The notes beneath the pieces are model-generated. The model saw only the letters and a program-made list of their open reading frames with translations. It had not been told where the DNA came from and ran no database searches. Of a stretch of DNA of 64,000 nucleotides, positions 39,019 to 49,128 are shown piece after piece. The stretch comes from an uncultured archaeon (GTDB taxonomy: Archaea > Asgardarchaeota > Hermodarchaeia > Hermodarchaeales > Hermodarchaeaceae): assembly GCA_964347045.1 (NCBI GenBank), contig CAYFXC010000007.1, forward strand, positions 10,549-74,548, read 5' to 3'. The stretch's first letter is position 1. Every line of letters begins with the position of its first letter. Position numbers and translations under genes: made by a program.

Positions 39019-40116
39019 TCAGGGTTCAAACTTGAATTCGCCCAGGAGCAATTCAACAATTTCGAGGTATCCTTCTGCAGGGAGAAGTGTGAAGTAATTT
39101 TGTGCTGTGTAACGCGATTGAAGAAGAAAATCTTTGAAAAGTAACACATTGAGAGCTCGTGTGAACGTATGGGAAGAAGAGGAAACCCCCATTTCTTCTA
39201 ATATTTGTTCAAATTGCGTGAATAAACTTGATTTATTTACATAGATGTGTCCTGGATGAGTTGTAAAATACCTTCCTATGGCTTGCAGAAGAACAACTGT
39301 AGTGGCATCTAATTCAGTGAGACTTGAAAGATGATCGTTCCAAAAATCGTAGTGAAGGGTTCTTGAGTTAATACAGGATTGGCGAATCAGATTAGCTGAG
39401 ATACACGAAGATGTAGTAAGTAGAGGATACAGATTTTGAAGTAGTTCAATAATCGTAGCAGGTCTTTGGAAGTCTAGAATGCAGATTAGATCAGCCATAA
39501 ACTCAGTTATATGAGATGGAAGGGAGTAAGGGAAAACTTCTGCAACTCGTTGTTTAATTATATCCAAAAATTGATGATCTGTAAAAGGTTCTAACTCTAT
39601 GACCACGTCAAGAAATTGTAATGTGTTAAGCCCTAATTGTCGAGGGTAGTATCTTGGCGCTGTTGCCATTGAGGGAATCGCATTTTCTTTACAAACACTA
39701 AGCAACTTTCCATAAATTTCACAGGTTTGGGTATTAACATCATCAAACACAAAGACAATTGGAGCCTCAGATTTACGTAGAAGACGCTTTAGTAAGGTCC
39801 ATTGATCTGGAAGTGAGTTTGTTAAATTTCGAATTGGGGCTAGAGAATGGAGAGTATCAGAAACGATTTCAGTGAAGTGTTTTCCTTGGAATCGAATAAA
39901 TGGAAGCCGATAATGACCTAATTCTTGCTGTCCAAAAAAGCGGAGAAGCGTTGTTCTACCAATTCCAAAGCTACCATGAACTAAGATATTTAATGAGTTA
40001 GTAGAAGAGCAGCTTGAAGCAAAGAGATTCGACAGAATTGCAAGTTCTTGATCCCGATGAAGAAGCTTCGCCGGCAAATAATTCGCATTGAATAAAGCAT
40101 CTAATGAAGCCACCAT
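39019..40116 (-). CDS. Orc1/Cdc6-family AAA+ protein with degenerate ATPase motifs
   Basis: LFNANYLPAKLLHRDQEL, NILVHGSFGIGRT, VFDD, LEPFT...DIIKQRV, C-terminal wHTH-like region. Confidence 0.8.
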   Translation of the reverse strand: MVASLDALFNANYLPAKLLHRDQELAILSNLFASSCSSTNSLNILVHGSFGIGRTTLLRFFGQQELGHYRLPFIRFQGKHFTEIVSDTLHSLAPIRNLTNSLPDQWTLLKRLLRKSEAPIVFVFDDVNTQTCEIYGKLLSVCKENAIPSMATAPRYYPRQLGLNTLQFLDVVIELEPFTDHQFLDIIKQRVAEVFPYSLPSHITEFMADLICILDFQRPATIIELLQNLYPLLTTSSCISANLIRQSCINSRTLHYDFWNDHLSSLTELDATTVVLLQAIGRYFTTHPGHIYVNKSSLFTQFEQILEEMGVSSSSHTFTRALNVLLFKDFLLQSRYTAQNYFTLLPAEGYLEIVELLLGEFKFEP

Positions 40117-40334
40117 AGTAACTATCCATTTTGCGATTTCCGTTAGAACCTATTTAAACTACAATACGATTTAGCAAACAAACAGCAGGCAGAGGAGACT
40201 GAAAGTAATCTTTTTGCATCCCTTCTTTTTCGATGCTCGCAACACTGTTGAAAACCTTATAACGGCAAGAGCAACCTTGATATAGGAAACAACGAAGAAA
40301 ACAACGTAGTCAGGTATAGAGGATGTAATGGACG

Positions 40335-41042
40335 ATGGCTGAGACACCATTCAAAGACCTACAGAACCTTATGAGAAGAATTGAACAATCAACGGGCCTG
40401 GAGGCCCTAGCTGTTGTAACACGCGAGGGCATTCGTCTAGCTTGTGCCGTAAGCGGTGATGTCGACTCGGATATCTTCTCTGCTGCCACAGCTACTCTTG
40501 TCAATGTTGGCGAAGAAACTCTACGACAATTAAGTCAGGGTTCTCTTTCTGAAGTGATTCTCAGAGGGAACAAAGGCTTTACTATTATTATGCGGGGAAC
40601 ACCAGAAACACTCCTTGTTGGTGCAAGTCGAGATCAAATTCGTCTCGGATACTATATCGGTCTCATGAAAATCTATGCAACTAAGGTTACGAAAATAATG
40701 GAATCTCATCCTCTCGAACCGGACCAACTTCTTGGTTTTAGAAAAATGCCTGCGACAGCGGATATAGGCGTTGCAGAAGCGGTTACTGAACCTAAACCAT
40801 CAGAAGAGCTCATTTCCACTGAGATCACTCAAGAGTCAATATCCGAAGAGGCTGAAACGATTACACCAGCCACTGAGGAAGAGCCCTCACATGCTGAACC
40901 CACCATTGCCCCTGTTGAGGAGCCCGGCCTTGAAACTGTTAGTATGTCAGAGGTAAGCGGCGATGTAAACGATGTATCGGTGGATGATAAAGAAGCCATC
41001 CTTGCCGCACTCAAAGCCTTGGGTTTTGATGAGCCGGATTAA
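40335..41042 (+). CDS. Roadblock/LC7 protein with long acidic tail and terminal amphipathic helix
   Basis: ALAVVTREG..SAATATL..GSLSEVILRG.KGFTII..RLG; E/P/T-rich tail; EAILAALKALGF. Confidence 0.85.
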   Translation: MAETPFKDLQNLMRRIEQSTGLEALAVVTREGIRLACAVSGDVDSDIFSAATATLVNVGEETLRQLSQGSLSEVILRGNKGFTIIMRGTPETLLVGASRDQIRLGYYIGLMKIYATKVTKIMESHPLEPDQLLGFRKMPATADIGVAEAVTEPKPSEELISTEITQESISEEAETITPATEEEPSHAEPTIAPVEEPGLETVSMSEVSGDVNDVSVDDKEAILAALKALGFDEPD

Positions 41043-41127
41043 CTTGCTACTCTTTCTTTGCAAGCAATAATTTTATTGAAGAATAGTAACTGTCGAGCGC
41101 TACGATTGTTTTCCACCAAGGAGATTT

Positions 41128-41820
41128 TTACACAAATAACCCCAACAACGCAAGTGCAACAAAAACACAAAGAAGCATCACGGCTCCGAATACAACCAAA
41201 GCCTCCAAGAAGTTCCCAAAGCTCCATGTAAATTCTGGCGTCGTAATACGCTCTCCAAACACATCTCTAAGCATTTTTTCAAACCAAGTATCCTCGTAGA
41301 CAAGATGCGAGGGTTCTTCCAAGGTAAGCATAATGCCAAATAAATCCGGAATAATTTCGGCAGGATCATGTGCATATTCGTATTCAATCTCATATTCTTT
41401 TTTGCCTTCTACTCGGTAAATGCGAAGATCTAGATCATCCATCTCCAAAGTTTCAGAGAATTTGAATGGATCCATTACAAGAGCAATTGCTTCGGGAAAG
41501 AAAGCTTGATATCGAAGCTGTGTAGACACGTCTGTTCCAGACATAAATACTCCAAGACCGGGGTGCGTATGATGCCAACCAATGATAACTTCATCCATTC
41601 CCCTTTCAGATAGCTCTTCGGCAAGAATCGCCATGTCAGCATCATTGATGTAAACATGCGTCCTTGATCCCCTTTGTCGTGGGAAAGTAGCTCTTGTGAC
41701 AATAATCTTATCCCGTTTTATCTTTCCAATGAGAAACCCACCGATTTCTGTTCGACCGGCACGAGCAGCCTTACTCAACATTAGTGACAGGATGCCTGGG
41801 TAAATCTCAATTTTGCGCAC
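41128..41820 (-). CDS. JAMM/MPN+ metalloprotease with C-terminal transmembrane anchor
   Basis: TEIGGFLIG; GWHHTHPGLGVFMSGTD (intact HxH-x7-S-x2-D); ALVMDP; hydrophobic C-terminus ALVVFGAVMLLCVFVALALLGLFV. Confidence 0.9.
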   Translation of the reverse strand: MRKIEIYPGILSLMLSKAARAGRTEIGGFLIGKIKRDKIIVTRATFPRQRGSRTHVYINDADMAILAEELSERGMDEVIIGWHHTHPGLGVFMSGTDVSTQLRYQAFFPEAIALVMDPFKFSETLEMDDLDLRIYRVEGKKEYEIEYEYAHDPAEIIPDLFGIMLTLEEPSHLVYEDTWFEKMLRDVFGERITTPEFTWSFGNFLEALVVFGAVMLLCVFVALALLGLFV

Positions 41821-41910
41821 TCGCTAAACCCCTGCAACCTAAGAGTAAGATAAGACTAAAAAGCCTTACTTGTTGTTTTCAGCATAAGCCGATTTGAACC
41901 GTGTTAACCA

Positions 41911-44487
41911 ATGCGTCCATTAAAACCTCCCTTTAGTTTAGCCCTAGTTCCAGAGAAGAAACGAGAGCTTGCAGCATTCATCATTGTGTTTCGCCCAAAA
42001 CGATCAAATTTACCGATATTACGGGCACGTATCAAGTTTCAGATGAAAGAAGGAAGACTTCGACCAGCGAAGCTTTGGCTAGTTCAAAAGGGAGGCATCA
42101 AACCCGTTGACCCAAGAACCTTTTTGAACTGGGTACGGAATGCCGAATATGTTGCCATCCCTCGATCGCCACGTTTTCCATTTTTAGCAGAATTAAAAGG
42201 AATGCTGCGAGATTTTGGCGTAAAAGATCCTGTGATAGTTCGGGCTTGCAGTTCATGCATTACAGACGGCAGGTTGACTATGTTACGCAAGCAGCAAGTA
42301 TACCGACTTGAAGGTCAACCAGTATGTTACAAGTGTGCCTCCCGGGAGTTGACGAATCGCCTTCAATCGATAGACGTTGAAGTTTCGAAGAAAGCCTATG
42401 GCAGTTTAGAAACAATGTTGCAACGGTTACAATCGGTAGAAAAGGTTGCATCTTTTCTTTCATCACAATTTCGTCCAAGCCAAAATCCTGCCATGACACT
42501 ATATGATCAGGTTCAAGCAGTCAAAGAACCTGAAGAAAAAGTGCCTCTTGCGACGCTACCAATTTCATCGAAATTAATACAGGTCTTTGAAAAGTCTGGA
42601 GTTGAATTTCTCCTCCCAATTCAAACCAAGGCTTTGAATGCTGGATTACTAGACGGCAACTCAATTTTGGCTGTCTCGGATACAACTAGTGGAAAATCCC
42701 TAGTAGGTGAGCTTGCCGGATTAAACACTGCAATGCAAGGGAAGGTCTACATTTACTTATCGCCTTTGGTCGCATTAGCTAATCAAAAATACCATGAATA
42801 TCGTGAGAAATTCGAGCCCCTTGGATTACGTGTAGCAATTCGCGTTGGTATGAGCGGTATTGATGTCGGAGAAGAAGCACTTGTTATTGTCGACGATGAT
42901 GTCACTGATGCAAACATTATAGTTGCTAGTTATGAGGGATTCGATTATTTACTTCGATCAGGAAAAGCTGACAAGTTTGGTGATGTTGGCGTTGTTGTCA
43001 TCGATGAAATCCAAATGGTTGCTGATGAGGACCGAGGACCAGAACTAGATGGCTTAATCACACGTTTACGAACGCTCTTTCCAAACGCCCAATTAGTAGC
43101 ATTATCAGCAACCGTTGGAAACCCGAATGAATTAGCTCAAGAGCTGGAATTGGAACCAGTCATTCTTCGTGGTCGCCCTGTACCTTTACAACGTCACTTG
43201 ATTATGGTGCTTACAGAACCGGATAAACTAAGAATTATTGCAGATCTTAGTAAATCTGAATACAAGCAAAAAAGCTCATATGGTTTCCAGGGGCAAACAA
43301 TTGTATTTACAAATTCTCGTCGAAGTACACACTCGATTGCAACAGAACTTCAAAAGCAACGAATTCTTGCTAAAGCATATCATGCCGGAATGACATATCC
43401 TCAACGACGTCAAATCGAAGATGCATTTGCATCAGGAAAAATCGCTGTTGTTGTTACAACGGCGGCATTAGCCGCAGGTGTGGATTTTCCGGCTAGCATG
43501 GTTATTTTTCAAAGTTTAATGATGGGAACAAAAACTTTGAGTGTTGGCGAATTCACACAAATGCTAGGTCGTGCGGGTCGACTTGGAAAACATGATGTTG
43601 GAAAAGCTGTGTTACTAGCAGAAATCGGAAGAAGATATTTTGGAGATGAACCCAAAACCGAAGAAGAGGTTGCTTTGGATTTATTGAATAACCCTATTGA
43701 AGAAGTACACCCAGAAGCAACCTTCGAACAATCCGTTGATCAGCTCCTTGCAACTCTATCATGTTATGATACAATACCGCGAACGCACCTAGAAAATGCT
43801 TATCAACGATTATTATCTCGTACAGTAACATTCAATGAGGGACTTCGGTTTTTAAAGCGACATAATCTTGCTACCCAAAGTGGACAAGAAGTCATGCCCA
43901 CGGAGTTGGGTCGAGCTGCGGCAATTTCATATTTCTCAGCTTCCAATGTCGCAGCTATTCAAGAATATCGCTACAATACCGCGGATTCCTTATCAGTTAC
44001 TCTTGAACCGCTAAGGAACGCATATCTATCACCCAGATTACAAAGTGAAATTGAGCGCACTCTTCGCACCCGCTTTGCTACCAGATTATTTGCTGGTGCG
44101 GTATTAGATCTAATGAGTACAAAGCGTAGTCGACGACTAAAACGACTACCAAGATGGGTATTACGAACATTTAGTAAATGGACAGTAGACTTCTTCAATT
44201 GCCATTGTAATGAAAACCCTTTCTGTGATTGCGGGATTTGGAAAGTGTCGAAAGCCGTTTTAGAAATGCGCTATCGTGGGTTCACACCATCACAAATAAA
44301 CTCAGCATTTCTTGAAGAGTATGAGCTATTCATCTATCCCGGCGACATCTTTAGTTTTCTTGATAACCAAGTGCATATACTCCAAGGCATCATTCGAGTG
44401 GCAGAGGTAATTGGACGATATGAATTAGCTGAAAACGCCGCCAGGGTAATTGAAGCAATTGAAAATCCAATTCATACCGGAGTTTAA
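41911..44487 (+). CDS. Archaeal SF2 helicase (ASH-Ski2/DUF5814 type)
   Basis: N-terminal CxxC..CxxC, LLPIQ, TTSGKS, PLVALANQKY, IDEIQ, LSAT, YHAG, QMLGRAGR, C-terminal CHCNENPFCDC, YPGD. Confidence 0.9.
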   Translation: MRPLKPPFSLALVPEKKRELAAFIIVFRPKRSNLPILRARIKFQMKEGRLRPAKLWLVQKGGIKPVDPRTFLNWVRNAEYVAIPRSPRFPFLAELKGMLRDFGVKDPVIVRACSSCITDGRLTMLRKQQVYRLEGQPVCYKCASRELTNRLQSIDVEVSKKAYGSLETMLQRLQSVEKVASFLSSQFRPSQNPAMTLYDQVQAVKEPEEKVPLATLPISSKLIQVFEKSGVEFLLPIQTKALNAGLLDGNSILAVSDTTSGKSLVGELAGLNTAMQGKVYIYLSPLVALANQKYHEYREKFEPLGLRVAIRVGMSGIDVGEEALVIVDDDVTDANIIVASYEGFDYLLRSGKADKFGDVGVVVIDEIQMVADEDRGPELDGLITRLRTLFPNAQLVALSATVGNPNELAQELELEPVILRGRPVPLQRHLIMVLTEPDKLRIIADLSKSEYKQKSSYGFQGQTIVFTNSRRSTHSIATELQKQRILAKAYHAGMTYPQRRQIEDAFASGKIAVVVTTAALAAGVDFPASMVIFQSLMMGTKTLSVGEFTQMLGRAGRLGKHDVGKAVLLAEIGRRYFGDEPKTEEEVALDLLNNPIEEVHPEATFEQSVDQLLATLSCYDTIPRTHLENAYQRLLSRTVTFNEGLRFLKRHNLATQSGQEVMPTELGRAAAISYFSASNVAAIQEYRYNTADSLSVTLEPLRNAYLSPRLQSEIERTLRTRFATRLFAGAVLDLMSTKRSRRLKRLPRWVLRTFSKWTVDFFNCHCNENPFCDCGIWKVSKAVLEMRYRGFTPSQINSAFLEEYELFIYPGDIFSFLDNQVHILQGIIRVAEVIGRYELAENAARVIEAIENPIHTGV

Positions 44488-45260
44488 TCGTCAAAAATGA
44501 AATATTTCCTGTTTCCTAGTACATAGGTAAGTATTGAATTAAATTCTGTTTCAACGACTTGAGTTGAACTTGAAGAAGCGGTTGGGTCTGTTTGCATTTC
44601 GATGATAATCCATTCTTCAAAACTTGCGGGATTAAACGCTTCGAATTCCATTTTATCAATGCGGAATGTCCAAATTCGGTTAGTATCACTGAATCTATTA
44701 CGTACTAAGGCGTCCTTGAAAGGTGAATATAACCGATTCTTTTGTCCTCCTAGAAGAAATCGTGCCTTTTTCATCCCAGAGATGAGAGAGATATTTCTAG
44801 GTACAATGCTTTGCTCTTCGATGAGAGTACGGGGAAGTCCACCCTCCGTGGTTATCGTGAGGATTTGACCTGAATCTTCAACAGTTCCTTTTTTGATTAC
44901 TAATGTGCGAATAATTTCCTGGACCTGTTCAACTGAAGCTTGTTCAAGAGGATCTAATATTTCTGGGTTTATGATGTCAAGAAGTGGAATTGGTTCACGC
45001 GGACGCATTTTTGTTGGATCAAATATAACTGCACCGACAAGATATTCTACATCCACTGGTTTTCCTTTAATCATAACTTGTCCTTTGACGACGCCCGGAC
45101 CAATAAAGGCTGAACGCACAACTTCCTCTTGAAGAAAGCTGAATAATTGCCTAGAGGCAATGAGAAGTTCTCCGCCAAGAGTAATTTTTTCTCCCAGGAT
45201 CGTGAAACCCGGAATAACATAATCTAATACCCAAAGAAGGGGTGGGTTTTCTTCAGTCAT
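44484..45260 (-). CDS. Hypothetical protein
   Basis: 258-aa ORF, tightly packed, no motif recognised. Confidence 0.75.
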   Translation of the reverse strand: MTEENPPLLWVLDYVIPGFTILGEKITLGGELLIASRQLFSFLQEEVVRSAFIGPGVVKGQVMIKGKPVDVEYLVGAVIFDPTKMRPREPIPLLDIINPEILDPLEQASVEQVQEIIRTLVIKKGTVEDSGQILTITTEGGLPRTLIEEQSIVPRNISLISGMKKARFLLGGQKNRLYSPFKDALVRNRFSDTNRIWTFRIDKMEFEAFNPASFEEWIIIEMQTDPTASSSSTQVVETEFNSILTYVLGNRKYFIFDD

Positions 45261-45280
45261 GTTAATTCATCTCAATGCAT

Positions 45281-46498
45281 TCAACTTTCATTATTGCTTG
45301 GTTTTGAGCGAAGTTCAGGGATTTTTGCCAATAGGTTCTCAAGGACGTAATTTTCAATTTGTGCTCGATAATCCTCCCCCGCTAAATTTTGGATTTCGCG
45401 TAATTCTTTTCGAATCACAGTTTTCTTCGAGCGAGTCCAAGAAAATCTATTATCCAAATCAAAAATGATGGTTGTTCCGATTTTATCAAGTGGCGTACCT
45501 TGTTCGATTAGATTATCTGTGACTGTTGTGATTTTTTCGCTTAAGAACGGAGCCCGTTCATCGGGTTTTTTCATTGAAGCGAGCCATACATCTCGTTCCA
45601 GATAATCTAAAGGCGTTTGTAAAGGAGGACCCATTTGGGGTCTTGCTGGGAAAGGTGCAGAAACGAAACCAAACTTCGGTTTTTCATCAAGCGATTCTGG
45701 TGGAGATGGTGAAACCTCAATTAGAATTTCGCCAGCAGTATTTGAAGAAACGGTCTCAAGTGGTCCTTGGACTTCTTTAATCAGGAGTTGAATTTCACCA
45801 AGTATTTTTTCCATTAACCGGGATTCTTCTTCCTCTTCGTCTTGTTGACTTAGAGATTGCTCATATCGTCGTAGCTTAATCAGCAAAGAGGCACGAGCGC
45901 CATTTATAGCATCATCAATTTCAGAATTCGTAGATCCGATTAATCCCCCCGTAATCGCTCGAATTGCAAGTGTAATTTTTGCACCCTCATGATCATTTAA
46001 CCATCGTTCAATTAAGGGTTGAAAATAGCAATCATTGATTTTTTTTCTTTGCGCTAAAACCGCAATAACTTGTTCGTTTGCGGGTTCAATTTCATCAGAA
46101 ATAGTTCGTTCAAGATTTACTAAATTTCGAAGATCGGTCAGTAGTATTTTGCCAAGTTGTCCATAAAGATATTCAATCCATTTCCCTTCCGTTATAGCTA
46201 CTTCTCGTTGATATGTATCGATTTCAGGAACCGGCCTTCCTATTTGGGCTCGACGATCAAATTCCTGCATAAGAATACGGCAAGAGGGTTTGGGGTCTGG
46301 AATAACTCCATCTAACATAACCCTATATGCTACTCGGGCAACCTCAAGATGAACACAACATTCGTCAGCAATAGCGAGTGCGGCATCATCAGGTACACGT
46401 GCAACTTTCTCGTCTAGCGTTCCATAAGTCGATTCAAACTCTTCAGCTATGCGCCGACTTAAACGCCGTATTTCATCTTCATCAACATAATGGCTCAT
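45281..46498 (-). CDS. Hypothetical helical protein
   Basis: 405-aa ORF, no motif recognised. Confidence 0.8.
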   Translation of the reverse strand: MSHYVDEDEIRRLSRRIAEEFESTYGTLDEKVARVPDDAALAIADECCVHLEVARVAYRVMLDGVIPDPKPSCRILMQEFDRRAQIGRPVPEIDTYQREVAITEGKWIEYLYGQLGKILLTDLRNLVNLERTISDEIEPANEQVIAVLAQRKKINDCYFQPLIERWLNDHEGAKITLAIRAITGGLIGSTNSEIDDAINGARASLLIKLRRYEQSLSQQDEEEEESRLMEKILGEIQLLIKEVQGPLETVSSNTAGEILIEVSPSPPESLDEKPKFGFVSAPFPARPQMGPPLQTPLDYLERDVWLASMKKPDERAPFLSEKITTVTDNLIEQGTPLDKIGTTIIFDLDNRFSWTRSKKTVIRKELREIQNLAGEDYRAQIENYVLENLLAKIPELRSKPSNNES

Positions 46499-46612
46499 AT
46501 CCTATCATTCCTCGACATCAGTTTATACAGCTTTTCCGCTTAGTAGCCACAAGGATACTACAAAGTAGTTGTGGATTGGCTTAAGTGTTATGGCAAAGGG
46601 CGAGTAAGATAT

Positions 46613-46629
46613 TATTCGTCTGACGAATA
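46613..46629. promoter_or_regulatory. Perfect palindrome, putative operator in the divergent region upstream of mat
   Basis: TATTCGTC-T-GACGAATA about 20 nt upstream of a TTCTTAAAAA TATA-like box. Confidence 0.35.
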
Positions 46630-46689
46630 TTCGAGGATGTAAAGAGGAAATTCTTAAAAATCAAAGTCATCCATCCGGGCTAACCCAAG

Positions 46690-47916
46690 GTGAAGAAAAT
46701 GTCCCGAAATATCGCTGTTACGAAAGCATTTACACTTCCCATCGAAGATCAATCACTAGAAATCGTTGAACGGAAAGGGAAAGGTCATCCGGATACAATT
46801 CTTGACGCCATTGTTGAGAATGTTGGTGTGAAATTCTGTAACTATTACATCGACAATTTTGGCGGAATTCTCCATTACAATGTTGACAAAGGCTCAATTG
46901 CTGGAGGACGTGCTCAAGTAGACTTTGGTGGGGGAGAATTATTAGAACCGATTTACATTTGTGTTGTGGGCCGAGCAACCACAGAAGTCTTCAAAGAAGG
47001 GAATTTACTCAGGGTTCCTATTGGAACTTTGACCCTTGAATCGATGAAGAAAACATTACAAAATACATTGCGTTTCCTAGACCCAACACAACAAGTTATG
47101 ATGGATTACAAAATAAAACCCGGTTCGGCCGACCTCACACATGTTTTTGATCATTCAGTTGATGACATTCCTCGTGCAAATGATACTAGCTTCGGTGTTG
47201 CGTTTGCGCCCTTTTCAGAAACCGAAACACTCGTGTTTGAGATGGAACAACTTCTGAACTCGGATGCCTTCAAAAAGAAGCATCCAGAAGTTGGTGAAGA
47301 TATCAAAGTAATGGGACTACGAACCAACAGCGATATCAAACTAACCGTCGCGGCGGCGATGATTGCACATCTAATTCCCGATGCGGATCACTATCAAGGA
47401 GTTCTCGATGATGTAAAGAATGCTGTACTTGATAAAGCGGCGAAGATTACTGAACGTGAAGTTAGCGTGGTTGTTAACTCTGCGGATGACCCTCAACGAG
47501 GTATGTACTATTTGACAATTACAGGAACATCTGCTGAGATGGGAGACGATGCTGGAGTAGGAAGAGGTAATCGTGCAAATGGATTGATTACTCCTTGTCG
47601 ACCGATGAGTCTTGAAGCTACGGCGGGAAAGAACCCACAAAACCATGTTGGGAAGATATACAATGTCTTAGCCCAACGCATCGCTGACCGAGTAATTTCT
47701 GAGGAACCCAAAGTTTCAGAAATCGCAGTCAAAATTCTAACACGAATTGGATATCCAATTGACCAACCATTAATCGCTTCAACTGAGGTAATCGCAGATG
47801 AACAAGCCTCTTGGAGGGCTGTCGAAAAAAATGTCGCAGCGATTGTTGACGCGGAGCTTGAGGATGTCTGTTCTGTTCAACAATTAATCTTAGATGGAAA
47901 AGCCCGTCTATTCTAG
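46690..47916 (+). CDS. mat: Archaeal S-adenosylmethionine synthetase
   Basis: EIVERKGKGHPD, HYNVDK, ANDTSFG, GEDIKVMG, GTSAEMGD, GRGNRANGLIT, GKNP.NHVGKIYN. Confidence 0.96.
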   Translation: MKKMSRNIAVTKAFTLPIEDQSLEIVERKGKGHPDTILDAIVENVGVKFCNYYIDNFGGILHYNVDKGSIAGGRAQVDFGGGELLEPIYICVVGRATTEVFKEGNLLRVPIGTLTLESMKKTLQNTLRFLDPTQQVMMDYKIKPGSADLTHVFDHSVDDIPRANDTSFGVAFAPFSETETLVFEMEQLLNSDAFKKKHPEVGEDIKVMGLRTNSDIKLTVAAAMIAHLIPDADHYQGVLDDVKNAVLDKAAKITEREVSVVVNSADDPQRGMYYLTITGTSAEMGDDAGVGRGNRANGLITPCRPMSLEATAGKNPQNHVGKIYNVLAQRIADRVISEEPKVSEIAVKILTRIGYPIDQPLIASTEVIADEQASWRAVEKNVAAIVDAELEDVCSVQQLILDGKARLF

Positions 47917-47949
47917 CAGAAAAAAATCACGATAAGAGAATAAGCGACA

Positions 47950-48165
47950 TCAAAGTCCAAGTTGAACCAAGATGAGATGCACACCAAACCCAACAGCCAA
48001 CGCAATAAAAATAATTGCTATAATCATTTTCGACCAAGGAGGCTGGCGAGCCTTTTCCACCATATAAACTAGCCAGATTGCGAGAATAATACCAAAGGCA
48101 ATTAGAAGTGCGCCATATACAGAATACCAGGGAAGAACCAACGACCATTGCATGTTTGAAAACAC
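47950..48165 (-). CDS. Small two-TM membrane protein
   Basis: Two hydrophobic helices separated by KARQPPWSK. Confidence 0.7.
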   Translation of the reverse strand: MFSNMQWSLVLPWYSVYGALLIAFGIILAIWLVYMVEKARQPPWSKMIIAIIFIALAVGFGVHLILVQLGL

Positions 48166-48247
48166 CTTTAGATATTAGGAGAGAGTGAACCGCTTGCCCT
48201 TTTTAATTATTTTTGGTTTCGGTGATAAAGGCAGTTAAAGAATGTTG

Positions 48248-49000
48248 TTAAACTGTCATGGAATGTTTCTTATTGAATTCAGACTCATCGACGTGTAGTT
48301 TGCGATGTAAAATCCCGCTCCGCTGGGTTTTCAACCGCACTTCTTTCGAGGTTAGTTGTTTCATGTCCGGCGGAAATATCAGATCTTGAATCTCATAGGT
48401 ATTCTCAATGAGCAAAGAAGAAAACTCTGAAGGAACATCCTCAGCGAAATCAGGTACGAGTTCATGGAGAAGCTCTTGAACGAATTCAGTTCCTGAAGGA
48501 ACTTGAGTTGTACTGAATTTGAGTCGTTCACTAAGTGGAGGTTCTTTCTGAGCCGATGGAATCTTTGCTTTCGTTTTATGAAGCCATCCTATTTTGGTGG
48601 ATAAATTACAAAAGATGTAAGCGTTTTCGCCGACACTCTCATAAAGAAGAGCCGCTTGTTTTGTAGTGAAGCTCCCGACTAGTTTTGACTGGTATAATAA
48701 AGTTCGGGGTTTCTTTTTCGACGGCGCTGCTTCAAATCCTAAATCTGCTAGAATCTCGTCGAGTGGTTCATAGCCTAAAATAATCCCTGAAAGCGACACG
48801 GTTTCTACAGGGACCATTGTAAGCATAACTGTTGCAGGTAGATCCTGATACATGAATGTTGAACGAACTTTGACTTTACCCACCTTGGTTATGGTTATTT
48901 CAGTAGCAGGTCCAGGATATTCGCCTCTACCATATCGAAGAAAAGCACGGTGCACGGAGCTATCTACCGAGTTGGTTAGTATCTTGGTTATGAAATGCAT
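48248..49000 (-). CDS. Hypothetical protein
   Basis: 250-aa ORF, no catalytic motif recognised. Confidence 0.75.
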   Translation of the reverse strand: MHFITKILTNSVDSSVHRAFLRYGRGEYPGPATEITITKVGKVKVRSTFMYQDLPATVMLTMVPVETVSLSGIILGYEPLDEILADLGFEAAPSKKKPRTLLYQSKLVGSFTTKQAALLYESVGENAYIFCNLSTKIGWLHKTKAKIPSAQKEPPLSERLKFSTTQVPSGTEFVQELLHELVPDFAEDVPSEFSSLLIENTYEIQDLIFPPDMKQLTSKEVRLKTQRSGILHRKLHVDESEFNKKHSMTV

Positions 49001-49128
49001 ATACTCAGCACCAATTCATGGTTATAGAAGCTATTCAAAAATCATTAGGTTAGATATTGTCTGAAACGCATATCTTTTTACTATGATGAATGCTTCATTT
49101 TTCCTATTAGCGTTTTGAGGTTCTTGAA

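Noticed and set aside
40117-40334. Replication origin next to the Orc1/Cdc6 paralog
   Set aside because: No repeated ORB consensus with a G-string and no clear unwinding element; the region looks like two divergent promoters
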